A program made the translations under genes and the position numbers. Below, one piece after another: positions 1 to 9,293 of a stretch of 32,000 bases of DNA. Each line of letters begins with the position of its first letter. The stretch's first letter is position 1. Origin of the DNA: Candidatus Borrarchaeum weybense. Lineage in GTDB: Archaea > Asgardarchaeota > Sifarchaeia > Borrarchaeales > Borrarchaeaceae. The notes beneath the pieces were generated by a model. The model made no database searches and was not told the origin of the DNA. It worked only from the letters and a program-made list of their open reading frames with translations. Location of the stretch: NCBI GenBank assembly GCA_019057385.1, contig JAHQJS010000004.1, positions 776,585-808,584 of the forward strand, in the 5' to 3' direction.

Positions 1-46
1 TTACAGGCTTGCGCCCGATGTATATGTTGTTGTCTCTTCCGGACAT
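1..46 (-). CDS. Partial second Alba-family chromatin protein (N-terminus only, continues left of window)
   Basis: Reverse complement reads ATG TCC GGA AGA GAC AAC AAC ATA TAC ATC GGG CGC AAG CCT GTA = [15 protein letters not shown], identical to the start of the neighbouring complete Alba gene, with the same GGAGGA ribosome-binding site. Confidence 0.6.
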   Translation of the reverse strand, partial: MSGRDNNIYIGRKPV

Positions 47-62
47 ATGGACATTCCTCCGT
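1..62. repeat. Direct repeat copy A (62 bp, identical to 352..413)
   Basis: ttacaggcttgcgcccgatgtatatgttgttgtctcttccggacatatggacattcctccg at 1-61 recurs at 352-413. Confidence 0.9.
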
Positions 63-112
63 TCTCAAACAGGTTTGTTTTTTTATTGTGTATTAAGGTA
101 TTTTTGAGTTTT

Positions 113-397
113 TTACTTCTTCTTAGTAAGCGTAATTTCCATAGTACTTACGCTTCGAGTTCTTCCCCCTTCTTCGGCTAACTCCTCACTATCAATCTCG
201 ATCTTATCGACAAAAACGATGTCTTTCATAAAACGCTGTCTCACGATCTCGGCGACATCTACTGCTGTCGATATAGATCGACCTCTAGCTTTAAGCGTAC
301 AGAAGTCAGATCCTTGATTGAGTTGAGTGACGACTGCAAGGACGTAGTTCATTACAGGCTTGCGCCCGATGTATATGTTGTTGTCTCTTCCGGACAT
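113..397 (-). CDS. alba: DNA/RNA-binding protein Alba
   Basis: 94 aa, [45 protein letters not shown] matches the Alba fold signature; GGAGG ribosome-binding site upstream. Confidence 0.93.
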   Translation of the reverse strand: MSGRDNNIYIGRKPVMNYVLAVVTQLNQGSDFCTLKARGRSISTAVDVAEIVRQRFMKDIVFVDKIEIDSEELAEEGGRTRSVSTMEITLTKKK

Positions 398-413
398 ATG
401 GACATTCCTCCGT
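352..413. repeat. Direct repeat copy B (start and RBS of alba)
   Basis: Same sequence as 1..62, offset 351 bp. Confidence 0.9.
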
Positions 414-608
414 GTTTTACATTGATTTAGATGTATTCTGATAGCGCACTATTTTTGATACCATCAACTTATATTATTGCATTATTTAAGCCTATGTAAA
501 CTTCTAAAACCTTAGTCATTTCTGTTTTTTAAGTGTTGTTAGAAATTATCACACAATATATAATTCAGTATTTAGAGTATCTATAAAGAATGTAAAAGAG
601 GCATTCAT

Positions 609-3032
609 ATGATTAACTTGAAAAAAGATTTTCTAGGTTCTTCTCTTATAATACTCATTCTTTTAAGCTTTATCATCATATTTCCCTTTCAATCTGAACA
701 TCAATTTTCAACGCTTCCTCCTAAAAGTATAGAAAATAGTCAAAGTATATATGACCACTCTTATATGCCAATAATCGATGATTCTCTCTTAACAATGCTA
801 GAAAATGATGCAGATAAATCGATCGATTTAATCATTACCTTTGGTGGAGATAATTCACACACAAAACCTAAGCAAATACTGAAACAGATACTTGGTGATG
901 ATTTTGCCAAACTAGATGTAAAATATGACCTTGAAATAATTGATGCTGTGCTTGTCAACGCTCCAGTTAATATTGTCCCCCGTCTTGCAGAAAACAATCT
1001 TGTGAGTGGCATTTGGGAAGATAAGAAAGTAACTGCTCTAAAAAGTGCAGATAGAATAATTGATTCTCAAATCGATTCATATCTTGATGAAAGCACAGGT
1101 TTAATAGGTGCTGAGGAAGTTTGGGCGCAAGGATTCGATGGTAATGGGATTATAGTTGCTATAGTTGATACCGGAATCGATTCTACACACCCAGATTTAT
1201 CTGGAAAGGTAACAGCGGCAAAATCCTTTGTTCAAGGAGAAGATACACAAGATTATGATGGTCATGGTACCCATGTAGCTGGAATTGTAGCGGGAACGGG
1301 GGTAGCGTCTTCTGGGAATTATAAAGGAATTGCTCCCGGAGCTTCACTGGTCAATGCAAAGGCTTTGGATAAAACGGGTGCAGGAACAGTGTCTGATGTG
1401 ATTGAAGCGATTGAATGGGCTTCAGATAAATCAGACATAATTTGTTTAAGCCTAGGCGCACCAGGGTCTCCAAACGATCCACTTGCACAAACAGTAAATA
1501 CAGCGGTAGAAAACGGAGTTATTGTTTGTGCTGCTGTTGGGAATGATGGTGACTTGGGATATATGACCGCTATGACTCCTGCCATTGCCTCAAAAGCGAT
1601 TTCTGTTGGTGCTACAGTTGGGGATTTAGAGGTTGCATCTTTTAGTAGCAAAGGCATTGCCCCTGATGGAAGGAGTGATCCAGATATCGTTGCACCAGGG
1701 TATCAAATTACTTCTACAGCATCTAGTAAAATCACTTCTTCAGATTATATTACTTGGAGTGGAACAAGTTTTTCTACACCTATGGTAGCTGGGGCAGCAG
1801 CATTACTACTTGATGCTACGGACAATTTGACTCCTGAGGGCGTTAAAGCAGCATTACTTGAATCTGCAACGGATTTGGATACCGATCCTAATGCACAGGG
1901 AGCTGGTCTTGTTAATGTAGAGGCCGCTTATCAGCTAATACAAAATAATGATAATTTGGTAACAATAACGCCTAATGTATTTCCAAGTGCGCCTTATGCC
2001 CCTGATGGAATTGTTTTTCCTGGAGATGCATTTGCATTTGATGTGGAGATAATATCAAATGAACTACTTTCCGACGTGACTGTGGGCTTTGAAGGTCTTG
2101 CGTGGTCTTTTGTCAAGGCTACACCTTCTTCCATTAGTAGTGTAGACAGATATGCCATTGTTACTGTATCAGTCATAATTCCGCCAGTGGCAGTTCCATT
2201 TACTTACTCAGGACGTTTGGTAGTTAAAGAGGCAGGAACGACAGTTGCGTCAAGTCAAATTGACTTGGAAGTTAGAGCTCCTATTGCTAGAGTTCTGTGG
2301 GATCAATCACATGATGCAGATGGATATTTTGGATACTATTATGGCGACAGTCCTTATAGTATGTTTTACAAATACTATGAAATACTCACAAAGCAAGGAA
2401 TTGATTTGGATGTAACGACTGGAACACTAACTAGTAGTTCATTAAGTGGATATGATGCATTAATACTTCCTGACCCAGAAACAATGCTTCAAAGCAGTGA
2501 AATCTCTTCAATTAAGAATTTTGTTTCTTCAGGAGGAGATTTACTTGTCCTTTCGAATCCTCCGGGCAGTATTGTTGTGGGGGATACAGATATAAATGAT
2601 GTAATACTTGATTTCTCAAGTTTAAATCAACTAACTGAGGTTTATGGAATCACTTGTATTCCAACAGTTGTGGAGGCAGACGAATTAACACTTTCAGATC
2701 ACACTATTACAAGGAATGTTCAATCAGTATTTTATTTAGGTTGCGCATTAAGTGTTAACAGTCCAGCCAAATCAATCGGAAAAGCGGGTTCATATGACGT
2801 TCTTGCAGTTTGGGAGAGTGGACTTAGCAAAGTGTTGGTGTTTGGATCGGAGTTGGATTTCTGGGATCTTCTGATTGATATCGAGGGATTCTCCCATACT
2901 CAACTGGCGAAAAACACCGTAACATGGTTAACATTTCCGTCTACGCTATTAATTGTTTATATAGTTCTTATCGTTGTCCCAATAATACTTGTAAGCATTT
3001 ATCTCTACAGACGTTCAAAAAAACAGTTCTAG
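609..3032 (+). CDS. Secreted/membrane-anchored subtilisin-like (S8) serine protease
   Basis: Catalytic motifs IVAIVDTGIDSTHPDL, DGHGTHVAGIVAG and SGTSFSTPMVAG; N-terminal signal/TM segment and C-terminal TM followed by RRSKKQF. Confidence 0.93.
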   Translation: MINLKKDFLGSSLIILILLSFIIIFPFQSEHQFSTLPPKSIENSQSIYDHSYMPIIDDSLLTMLENDADKSIDLIITFGGDNSHTKPKQILKQILGDDFAKLDVKYDLEIIDAVLVNAPVNIVPRLAENNLVSGIWEDKKVTALKSADRIIDSQIDSYLDESTGLIGAEEVWAQGFDGNGIIVAIVDTGIDSTHPDLSGKVTAAKSFVQGEDTQDYDGHGTHVAGIVAGTGVASSGNYKGIAPGASLVNAKALDKTGAGTVSDVIEAIEWASDKSDIICLSLGAPGSPNDPLAQTVNTAVENGVIVCAAVGNDGDLGYMTAMTPAIASKAISVGATVGDLEVASFSSKGIAPDGRSDPDIVAPGYQITSTASSKITSSDYITWSGTSFSTPMVAGAAALLLDATDNLTPEGVKAALLESATDLDTDPNAQGAGLVNVEAAYQLIQNNDNLVTITPNVFPSAPYAPDGIVFPGDAFAFDVEIISNELLSDVTVGFEGLAWSFVKATPSSISSVDRYAIVTVSVIIPPVAVPFTYSGRLVVKEAGTTVASSQIDLEVRAPIARVLWDQSHDADGYFGYYYGDSPYSMFYKYYEILTKQGIDLDVTTGTLTSSSLSGYDALILPDPETMLQSSEISSIKNFVSSGGDLLVLSNPPGSIVVGDTDINDVILDFSSLNQLTEVYGITCIPTVVEADELTLSDHTITRNVQSVFYLGCALSVNSPAKSIGKAGSYDVLAVWESGLSKVLVFGSELDFWDLLIDIEGFSHTQLAKNTVTWLTFPSTLLIVYIVLIVVPIILVSIYLYRRSKKQF

Positions 3033-3202
3033 CATTATGAAAAAGCCTAAATAATAAAGTAGTGCTTTCCCTTTGCAGTCATGAAGCAAATATTAACATA
3101 TAAGAAATAATATTTTCCTCTAAAATGTCACAAAAAACAGAAATAGAAACAAAGAAAAAGCTGTTTTGCAGTTAATACATGTAGTAACAAGCATATAGAC
3201 AG

Positions 3203-3457
3203 GTGATAAATGTGGTTGTTGGAACTATCAATAAAATTACAGGCATACTTTACATTATGGCGGGTATAATCTTAATGGTAATAGGCGTAATTCTCGTCCA
3301 GCTAATACAGAATCTTTTACCTGTTATAGCGGCCTTTACTGGTTTTACTGTGCCTACAGAATATTTTTATGCTATAGCAGCACTTCTGATCCTTCCATGG
3401 ATTTTCTTTATCATCCACGGAATCGCACATTATCTTATTGGTCGTCAAATAGAGTAG
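3203..3457 (+). CDS. Small two-TM membrane protein, function unknown
   Basis: 84 aa, two hydrophobic segments; plausible spacing. Confidence 0.6.
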   Translation: MINVVVGTINKITGILYIMAGIILMVIGVILVQLIQNLLPVIAAFTGFTVPTEYFYAIAALLILPWIFFIIHGIAHYLIGRQIE

Positions 3458-3659
3458 CAAAGCAAAGCAAAGCTGCTCTTTCAAAATTCTTTTTTGAACT
3501 TTTATTTTAATGGGAACCTTTTTTTGACTCGTTTAAAGCCCTTTTTTTCTAAATTATTGTGCGGAAGAATTTTCTACATAAGCGGAAGGATTTTCCACAT
3601 TCTATAAATAAAATAATGAGAGATTTCAATCAAAAAAGAACAGTACAGGATTTGCTCAA

Positions 3660-3926
3660 ATGTCACCAAGATATGTATGTCCAATTTGTCTGATGGAAGA
3701 AGATAGACATCACAAATTAATTGAAAATGAAAATGAACGTGAAAACAATCTTCTTGCTGTGAAACGAATCCCAATTCTCGTAAAGCGTGATGAATCTACT
3801 CAAGTACGGTTTATTCTTACAACGATTCATGAACATTGTTATGAATCCTATATGTCTCCACTTTCACAAAGTGGTCTAAAAAATGGGGTAGTTAGAATTA
3901 AAAAAATAGTCGATGTATTTAAGTAA
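3660..3926 (+). CDS. Small protein of unknown function with N-terminal CPIC motif
   Basis: 88 aa ORF; CPIC plus H/C residues in the second half could bind metal. Confidence 0.5.
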   Translation: MSPRYVCPICLMEEDRHHKLIENENERENNLLAVKRIPILVKRDESTQVRFILTTIHEHCYESYMSPLSQSGLKNGVVRIKKIVDVFK

Positions 3927-3966
3927 CCTAGAACGGTCATAATCGACTATAACTAATTTTATATAC

Positions 3967-4776
3967 TTGTTATTTTTATTGAAAATTGAAATGATTTCTT
4001 GGATTTTGGCTTTTATTATAGCTATTTGGTGTTTAGTTAAACGGTTTAGGAAAGATGGTAAAGTTAGTGAATATCCACTGGGAATGCCGCGAGGTACTGT
4101 GAGAGCTTATATTGCTATTATTGTTGTAGCGTTTCCTTTTAATTATTTAATTGTAAATCAAGAGATCCCAAGAGTTGTAACAAGTGCAATTTTTATCTTG
4201 GTAGCATTTTATTTTGAAACACGTAAAACTAAGAGAGAGAGACTATCACTACTTATTCATGAAGTGAAACACCCTGAAAAAGCTGAGGAGGAAAAAAGAA
4301 AAGAAAAATATCCTCTTTATATTCCGAAATATTCTGTAAGGAGCTTATTAGTCCTTATGTTAGCTTCCATATTATATGTTAATTTTTACGGACCTAATGT
4401 CACCTTTGAAGTCACTAATACGTTAATAGATATCTTTATTATTATTGTTTTCTTCATACTAGGTTCAATATTTCGAAGAATTGGATCAAGCGGAGAAGAA
4501 AGAGAGTTCAAAGACCAGGTTAGGATGAAACTAAAAGAAACACCTAGAATCTCTGATATTTCAATGATAAAATATATAGAGGAACAAGAGTCAGGCTGGA
4601 TACAAAAATCATTCAAAAATTTTGTTTCTATTTTAACACTATTTGCAATTCTTACTGCATTAGCGATGTATACAATAGATTTGGATTATGATCTTTTAAT
4701 TCTGCCGCTATATGCGTTTACAGTACGTTCTACTTTGTTTTTAATGATTAATGTCTACTATGGTTTTAGAGAATGA
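3967..4776 (+). CDS. Multi-pass membrane protein of unknown function
   Basis: 269 aa, several hydrophobic segments, long uninterrupted ORF. Confidence 0.7.
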   Translation: MLFLLKIEMISWILAFIIAIWCLVKRFRKDGKVSEYPLGMPRGTVRAYIAIIVVAFPFNYLIVNQEIPRVVTSAIFILVAFYFETRKTKRERLSLLIHEVKHPEKAEEEKRKEKYPLYIPKYSVRSLLVLMLASILYVNFYGPNVTFEVTNTLIDIFIIIVFFILGSIFRRIGSSGEEREFKDQVRMKLKETPRISDISMIKYIEEQESGWIQKSFKNFVSILTLFAILTALAMYTIDLDYDLLILPLYAFTVRSTLFLMINVYYGFRE

Positions 4777-4850
4777 ACTATTTTCTCTTAAGAACAGACT
4801 TATAATTATACGAGAATCTGTTTCCACCAGAAAAAATGATGTTCCGTGAC

Positions 4851-5747
4851 TTATCTTTCAAGGAATTCAACTGTTAAGTCTTTACGAGATAACATTTTAT
4901 GCGGATTATTAATGATGTTTTCTAAGATTGAGAGCATTTCGTTCTTTTCTTCTGGAAGACTCCCGCAAAAGTTTGTGTAATTTGAGAGATGATCATTAAA
5001 TACATCACTAGTTACTCTTAATTCTTTTAATATCGAATATTCCTCTTTCAAAACTTCACGTGGTCGTAACTCCTTAAAAATGCCTAACAACATATCGAGA
5101 TAGAGTGGTGAATTAGGCAAGATGTGTAATGTCCTGAAGCGGATCATATGAGGTTTGATTGAATTTAGAATACGCGTTGTTTCAATAATGTGTTCTTTAG
5201 AGAATTTCTTGCCTCCGAGACCTAGAATCACATTAACGGAGAGCTTGAATCCCATATGCATAACTTTCTTGCTTGCGTTAATTATTTCCTCTGGAGTTAT
5301 TCCTTTCTTACACATTTTGAGAAGTGAAGCGCTCCCAGTCTCTATTCCCATATAGATTGTTTGTAATCCATAGTCATGAAGTTTTATCAGTTCATCATTC
5401 TTTTTCTCCAGTATATCCGAGGCTCTAGCGTAACTGCTTATGTGTTGAGGATGAGGGAAGTTTTGATTAATGAATTGAAGTACATCGCACAACACTTTTG
5501 TTTCGGAGCTAATAGCACTGCTGCCACCTAAAAAGAAGTTAGTAGCAAAACTTAACGATGACTTTATTCTTTCTAAATCTTTAAAAATATCTGTTCGAGA
5601 GCGTTTTCTAAAAAATTGTGCTCTTGGATCTTTATATAGCCAACAAAATGTACATAGATTCCAAGCACATCCTTCAGTAATCTCAATTGACGCACTGTAC
5701 ACTTCACACGGAGGACGAACGTGAATGCCTTGAGCTATAACTACAAT
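4851..5747 (-). CDS. Radical SAM protein (CX4CX2C, 'GCxxNxCTFCxxYK' type)
   Basis: EITEGCAWNLCTFCWLYKDPRAQFFRKR; frame remains open upstream of the provided 5702 start and encodes ...IVVIAQGIHVRPPCEVYSASIEITEGC; GGAGG at 5753-5757 sits 5 nt before an in-frame ATT at 5747-5745. The provided ORF ends at 5702. Confidence 0.85.
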   Translation of the reverse strand: MVVIAQGIHVRPPCEVYSASIEITEGCAWNLCTFCWLYKDPRAQFFRKRSRTDIFKDLERIKSSLSFATNFFLGGSSAISSETKVLCDVLQFINQNFPHPQHISSYARASDILEKKNDELIKLHDYGLQTIYMGIETGSASLLKMCKKGITPEEIINASKKVMHMGFKLSVNVILGLGGKKFSKEHIIETTRILNSIKPHMIRFRTLHILPNSPLYLDMLLGIFKELRPREVLKEEYSILKELRVTSDVFNDHLSNYTNFCGSLPEEKNEMLSILENIINNPHKMLSRKDLTVEFLER

Positions 5748-5774
5748 ACAACCCTCCAGTTCACATACTAGGGC

Positions 5775-6128
5775 TCAATAAGCAACGCCCCTACCTTTAA
5801 CTCTTAATTCATCTTCAGCTAGTTTCCATACCTCGCCCTCGACATCCCACGTTGTTCCAATATCTTTGATTTTCATTTCTTTGTCTAACACAAGATATAT
5901 CTTATCCTCATGCTTCTGAACGATCATAATGTGGTTTCGTAATTTTTCTGGAAGTGAGTCATACCATTTGAATATCCTTTCGTCTCTGTCTCTATTCCAT
6001 TGAACAATAACGTCTTTGTATAAAGTGAATCCATAGCGATATTGATCTGCTTCTTCTTTGTTTGGGAAATTGTCTGGATATCGAATTTTTCCTTTTGGAT
6101 GATCTATTTTTATTGATACAGATGACAT
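5775..6128 (-). CDS. Conserved-looking protein of unknown function
   Basis: 117 aa ORF between the radical SAM gene and the NapH-like gene on the same strand. Confidence 0.6.
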   Translation of the reverse strand: MSSVSIKIDHPKGKIRYPDNFPNKEEADQYRYGFTLYKDVIVQWNRDRDERIFKWYDSLPEKLRNHIMIVQKHEDKIYLVLDKEMKIKDIGTTWDVEGEVWKLAEDELRVKGRGVAY

Positions 6129-6303
6129 TCTTTAATCCACCTTTATTTCAGAGTTCATTGATCAGTGAATCAATGGTAGATTATCTTAACTGAATAAGTG
6201 CTGGTTCTTTTAAAAAATTTAACTTATGCGGAGGAAATTCCCTTTCTGATGGATGGCTCGTTCAAATAAAAAAAGAAGGTAACGAAGAGCGCATTAAAAG
6301 GTG

Positions 6304-7233
6304 TTAGATAAATGACAAAGACAAAGCATCATGTTTACAGGCGTTGACACACTCAAGACACAAAATACAGTTATCATCGCGAACCTTTTCTAATTCTTCG
6401 CCTGCGCCGGTATCCAATAAACGTACACCCATTGGACATACCTTCATACAATCATCGCATTCTCCTTTCGGACATCGAATTGGATTTCTTTTAAGCGTTA
6501 AGAGACCATATTTTCCACAATATCCTAATATTCCACCTAGCGGACAGAAGTATCTGCACCATGCCCTAGGCACATATACTGAAACCAAAACAATGATTAC
6601 AAGGACTGCGACACGAATCCAGAGAAGAACTGGCCAACCACCTAATTGATAAAGTTTTTCATAAGAGGGAGGAAGGAAAAATAGGATATTTGCAAAGAAA
6701 TGCGGTAAAAAACTAAATAGCGTAGCAGCAGGATCAATCGGCGCAAAAGAATTATTTGCAAAAGGACCAAAAGCCCCTACTATCCCTGTACTACTTCTTT
6801 GTAGTCGTCTAATTCCAATAATAGTTGATATCAAAATTGTAGCAATTAAAATATAAAGTCTTATTTGTCTCAAGGAGTTGTCATTTTGCCGAGTTATCGG
6901 TTTGACATGCTTTTTAGGTCGAATATATGAAAGAAGGTCTTCAACAAATCCAAAAGGACACGCCCAAGCACAGGGTGTGCGACCTAAAAATACAGCCGTA
7001 AGTAAAATAATTCCTATTGCGAGTAAAGGAAAAATACCAAATGCAAGTGACGTCAAGAGGATGTCATAGGCCCCGGCAACCGTTGTATAAGGCGCTCCTG
7101 TTGGTTGTATAAAAGGAACGATTATTGCTGCGAAAGCCAAATCAAAAAGGACTCCAAATACTATAAGGAAGACACACAGTTGAATTATTGATCGAAATAA
7201 TCTCATTTTGTTTCTAATAAGCCATGGGTGCAT
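6304..7233 (-). CDS. NapH/polyferredoxin-like 4Fe-4S membrane protein
   Basis: CAWACPFGFVEDL, CRYFCPLGG, CPKGECDDCMKVCPMGV and CILCLECVNACKHDA motifs with several TM segments. Confidence 0.85.
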   Translation of the reverse strand: MHPWLIRNKMRLFRSIIQLCVFLIVFGVLFDLAFAAIIVPFIQPTGAPYTTVAGAYDILLTSLAFGIFPLLAIGIILLTAVFLGRTPCAWACPFGFVEDLLSYIRPKKHVKPITRQNDNSLRQIRLYILIATILISTIIGIRRLQRSSTGIVGAFGPFANNSFAPIDPAATLFSFLPHFFANILFFLPPSYEKLYQLGGWPVLLWIRVAVLVIIVLVSVYVPRAWCRYFCPLGGILGYCGKYGLLTLKRNPIRCPKGECDDCMKVCPMGVRLLDTGAGEELEKVRDDNCILCLECVNACKHDALSLSFI

Positions 7234-7407
7234 TAAAGTCGCGTCCTTTCAATAATTTTTTCGAAGTTAAAGAATAATCCACTTATACACGGAAATTGCT
7301 ATACAAATGAGAGCTATCACAGAGTTTAGTAAACACTCAATACGATACCTTTCTTCTATTAGCATTCCAGTTTTTCATGATTTGAGAGGCAGTATTATCA
7401 TAAAACC

Positions 7408-7800
7408 GTGAACTACTCCACCCTGACGGATGAAGTTTCCTGCGAGTCCTCCCAACCCTTGCGGGAAACTCTCGTTTTACGATCGGCTGTGTGTCGCAGA
7501 TCATCCTCTTGTGAGGATGGCCTGTCCACCTGGCATTCTGTGATAGGAACCTTCAGTTCCAGCATCACATCATACGGGTTCGTCAAATGCTATTGTCCTT
7601 TTACCTTCGCAGTTAACCGCGCTGGTTAGCAACTGTACGAATCCTCGCTCACAGGGTCGCCTCTTCAATCATCCTACCGGGAGTTTTGTATCCCTGCCTT
7701 CCTCTCGATATTCATCACCACCCTTCTGGGCAAAACACTTTATAAAGCTAGCGGCTTTCATCCCCTACCTGACAGAAGGGAACTTTCCGCCGATAATGTT
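7408..7800. ncRNA. Candidate structured non-coding RNA or decayed IS200/IS605-type non-coding end (strand uncertain)
   Basis: ~390 nt intergenic block with many potential hairpins: 7437-7471 (GTTTCCTGCGAG/CTTGCGGGAAAC), 7505-7520 (ATCCTC/GAGGAT), 7542-7570 (GTGAT.GGAAC/GTTCC...ATCAC), 7612-7637 (CAGTTAACC/GGTTAGCAACTG), closed by GGTTCG/CGAATCC; less AT-rich than surrounding DNA. Confidence 0.5.
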
Positions 7801-7962
7801 AAAAACATGATGTATATCTAAAGCACACTATTTCCTAACTAGAACACTTACGCTTATTTAGTCTTTTCAATTAATTTGAAAACGCAAAACCTGAGATTCT
7901 ATTCGGAATTTGAGTTAAATGAGCGCTTAAACAACCTTAATTAACTTTGGGAAACACCAAAC

Positions 7963-9288
7963 ATGTCTTTAGATCTCAAATCAATATCAAATACACCTTT
8001 TTCTATCCCTGACTATCACCAGAATATTTCTATGGTAGTCCCTTCAGCTTTTAAATGTTTAGATCAAGATCTTGGAAGGCGTTCACTTTTTGATCTACCA
8101 CAGACAAAACGGGTTTTGGAAGCTAACGAATGTATGGATGCTGAAACTGCTGTCGTCATTTTAGTGGATACTTTAGGTTTTACAAAACTACAAGAGATGT
8201 CAAATTGGCTTTTTCCTATTATTAAAAGTCATGGATTTCAATTATCTTCAACGTGTCCCACGATAACATCCACATGTTTAATGAGTGCTCATACTGGGCT
8301 AACTCCCTGCGAACATGGAATCGTTGGACACAAGATATACATTCCTGAGTACGATAACATAATAGATTTCCTTAAGATGAGTCCGATTGACTTTAAAACG
8401 CGAGATAGCTTAATGAGCAGCGGAATTAACTTTCGAAAACTCGCTTGGAATCCTTCGCTTTATGATTTAATGAATCGTGATTTGGTTGCACATGTAGGTT
8501 TAATCCACCACAGAATTCTCGGCACAGGACTATCTAACTTGCTTGTAGATCCCAAAATACGGACTGACATTGGCTATGCAAACATGATAGACTTATTCGC
8601 AAAAGCAAAGAAGATAATAAAGAATAAGACTAATAAGAAGATTCAGCAGCCAAAAATGCTCCTTAACATTTATATTGGATATTTGGATGAACTCTCTCAT
8701 CTATACGGACCGAATAGTCAAGAATATCTTGCAGGTTTTCATTATTTTGAAATTAGACTTCGTGAATTTATTAATACTTTAGAAAAAAATGGCTTGGGTG
8801 AAAAGACTACTCTTTTTCTTTTTTCTGATCATGGTCAAGTTCCGATAGATAAAATACTTGCTTTTACGAAGGATGACATCGAACAGTTAGGCAAATATCT
8901 TTCTTTTAGACCTGGAAGGAGTGGACGTGCAATCCATTTTTACATAAAATCAGAGTTTTTAGACGAGGCTAAAAACTTCCTTTCTAACTTCATTGGAGAT
9001 AAAGGCGTTGTATATAATTTCTCAGATGTGGTAGACTTTCTAGGATGTCTCCCGTCTAATAATCACAACATAAAAAGATTACAAGAACGATTTGGGGATC
9101 TAATAGTCTTCTTAAAAACTGGCTATCATCTAGACCTTCCAAAACCAACTAAAGAGAAAAAAATGGATTGGATTGATAGACTAATGAGTCCCACAGTCAA
9201 GTTCGGTTCACACGGATCTCTAACGCTTGATGAATTAATTGTGCCTTGTCTAGCATCAAATGTATCTAAGATCGCCCAACAAATTTGA
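7963..9288 (+). CDS. Alkaline-phosphatase-superfamily (type I phosphodiesterase/nucleotide pyrophosphatase-like) protein
   Basis: AVVILVDTLGF, CPTITSTCLMSAHTGLTPCEHGIVGH, FLFSDHGQ, KFGSHGSL motifs. Confidence 0.8.
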   Translation: MSLDLKSISNTPFSIPDYHQNISMVVPSAFKCLDQDLGRRSLFDLPQTKRVLEANECMDAETAVVILVDTLGFTKLQEMSNWLFPIIKSHGFQLSSTCPTITSTCLMSAHTGLTPCEHGIVGHKIYIPEYDNIIDFLKMSPIDFKTRDSLMSSGINFRKLAWNPSLYDLMNRDLVAHVGLIHHRILGTGLSNLLVDPKIRTDIGYANMIDLFAKAKKIIKNKTNKKIQQPKMLLNIYIGYLDELSHLYGPNSQEYLAGFHYFEIRLREFINTLEKNGLGEKTTLFLFSDHGQVPIDKILAFTKDDIEQLGKYLSFRPGRSGRAIHFYIKSEFLDEAKNFLSNFIGDKGVVYNFSDVVDFLGCLPSNNHNIKRLQERFGDLIVFLKTGYHLDLPKPTKEKKMDWIDRLMSPTVKFGSHGSLTLDELIVPCLASNVSKIAQQI

Positions 9289-9293
9289 AAATA

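Noticed and set aside
761-1012. Antisense ORFs inside large genes (for example 761..1012, 1319..1657, 17058..17417, 28306..28599, 28755..29129, 30450..30878)
   Set aside because: All lie opposite well-supported coding genes and have no recognisable motif or independent initiation signals.
4851-5702. Unusual CX4CX2C spacing as a novel radical SAM class
   Set aside because: A known radical SAM group carries GCxHNKCTFCxMYK with the same spacing and an upstream RPPSE segment, so the spacing is not new.
7408-7629. 73-aa ORF and neighbouring open frames inside the structured region
   Set aside because: Overlaps several strong hairpins, atypical amino-acid composition, no ribosome-binding site; better explained as non-coding or decayed element.
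7408-7800. Archaeal RNase P RNA or SRP 7S RNA
   Set aside because: I could not find the RNase P GAGGAAAGUCC/ACAGAAA cores or the SRP helix-8 CCGGAAGG...AGCAG pattern on either strand.
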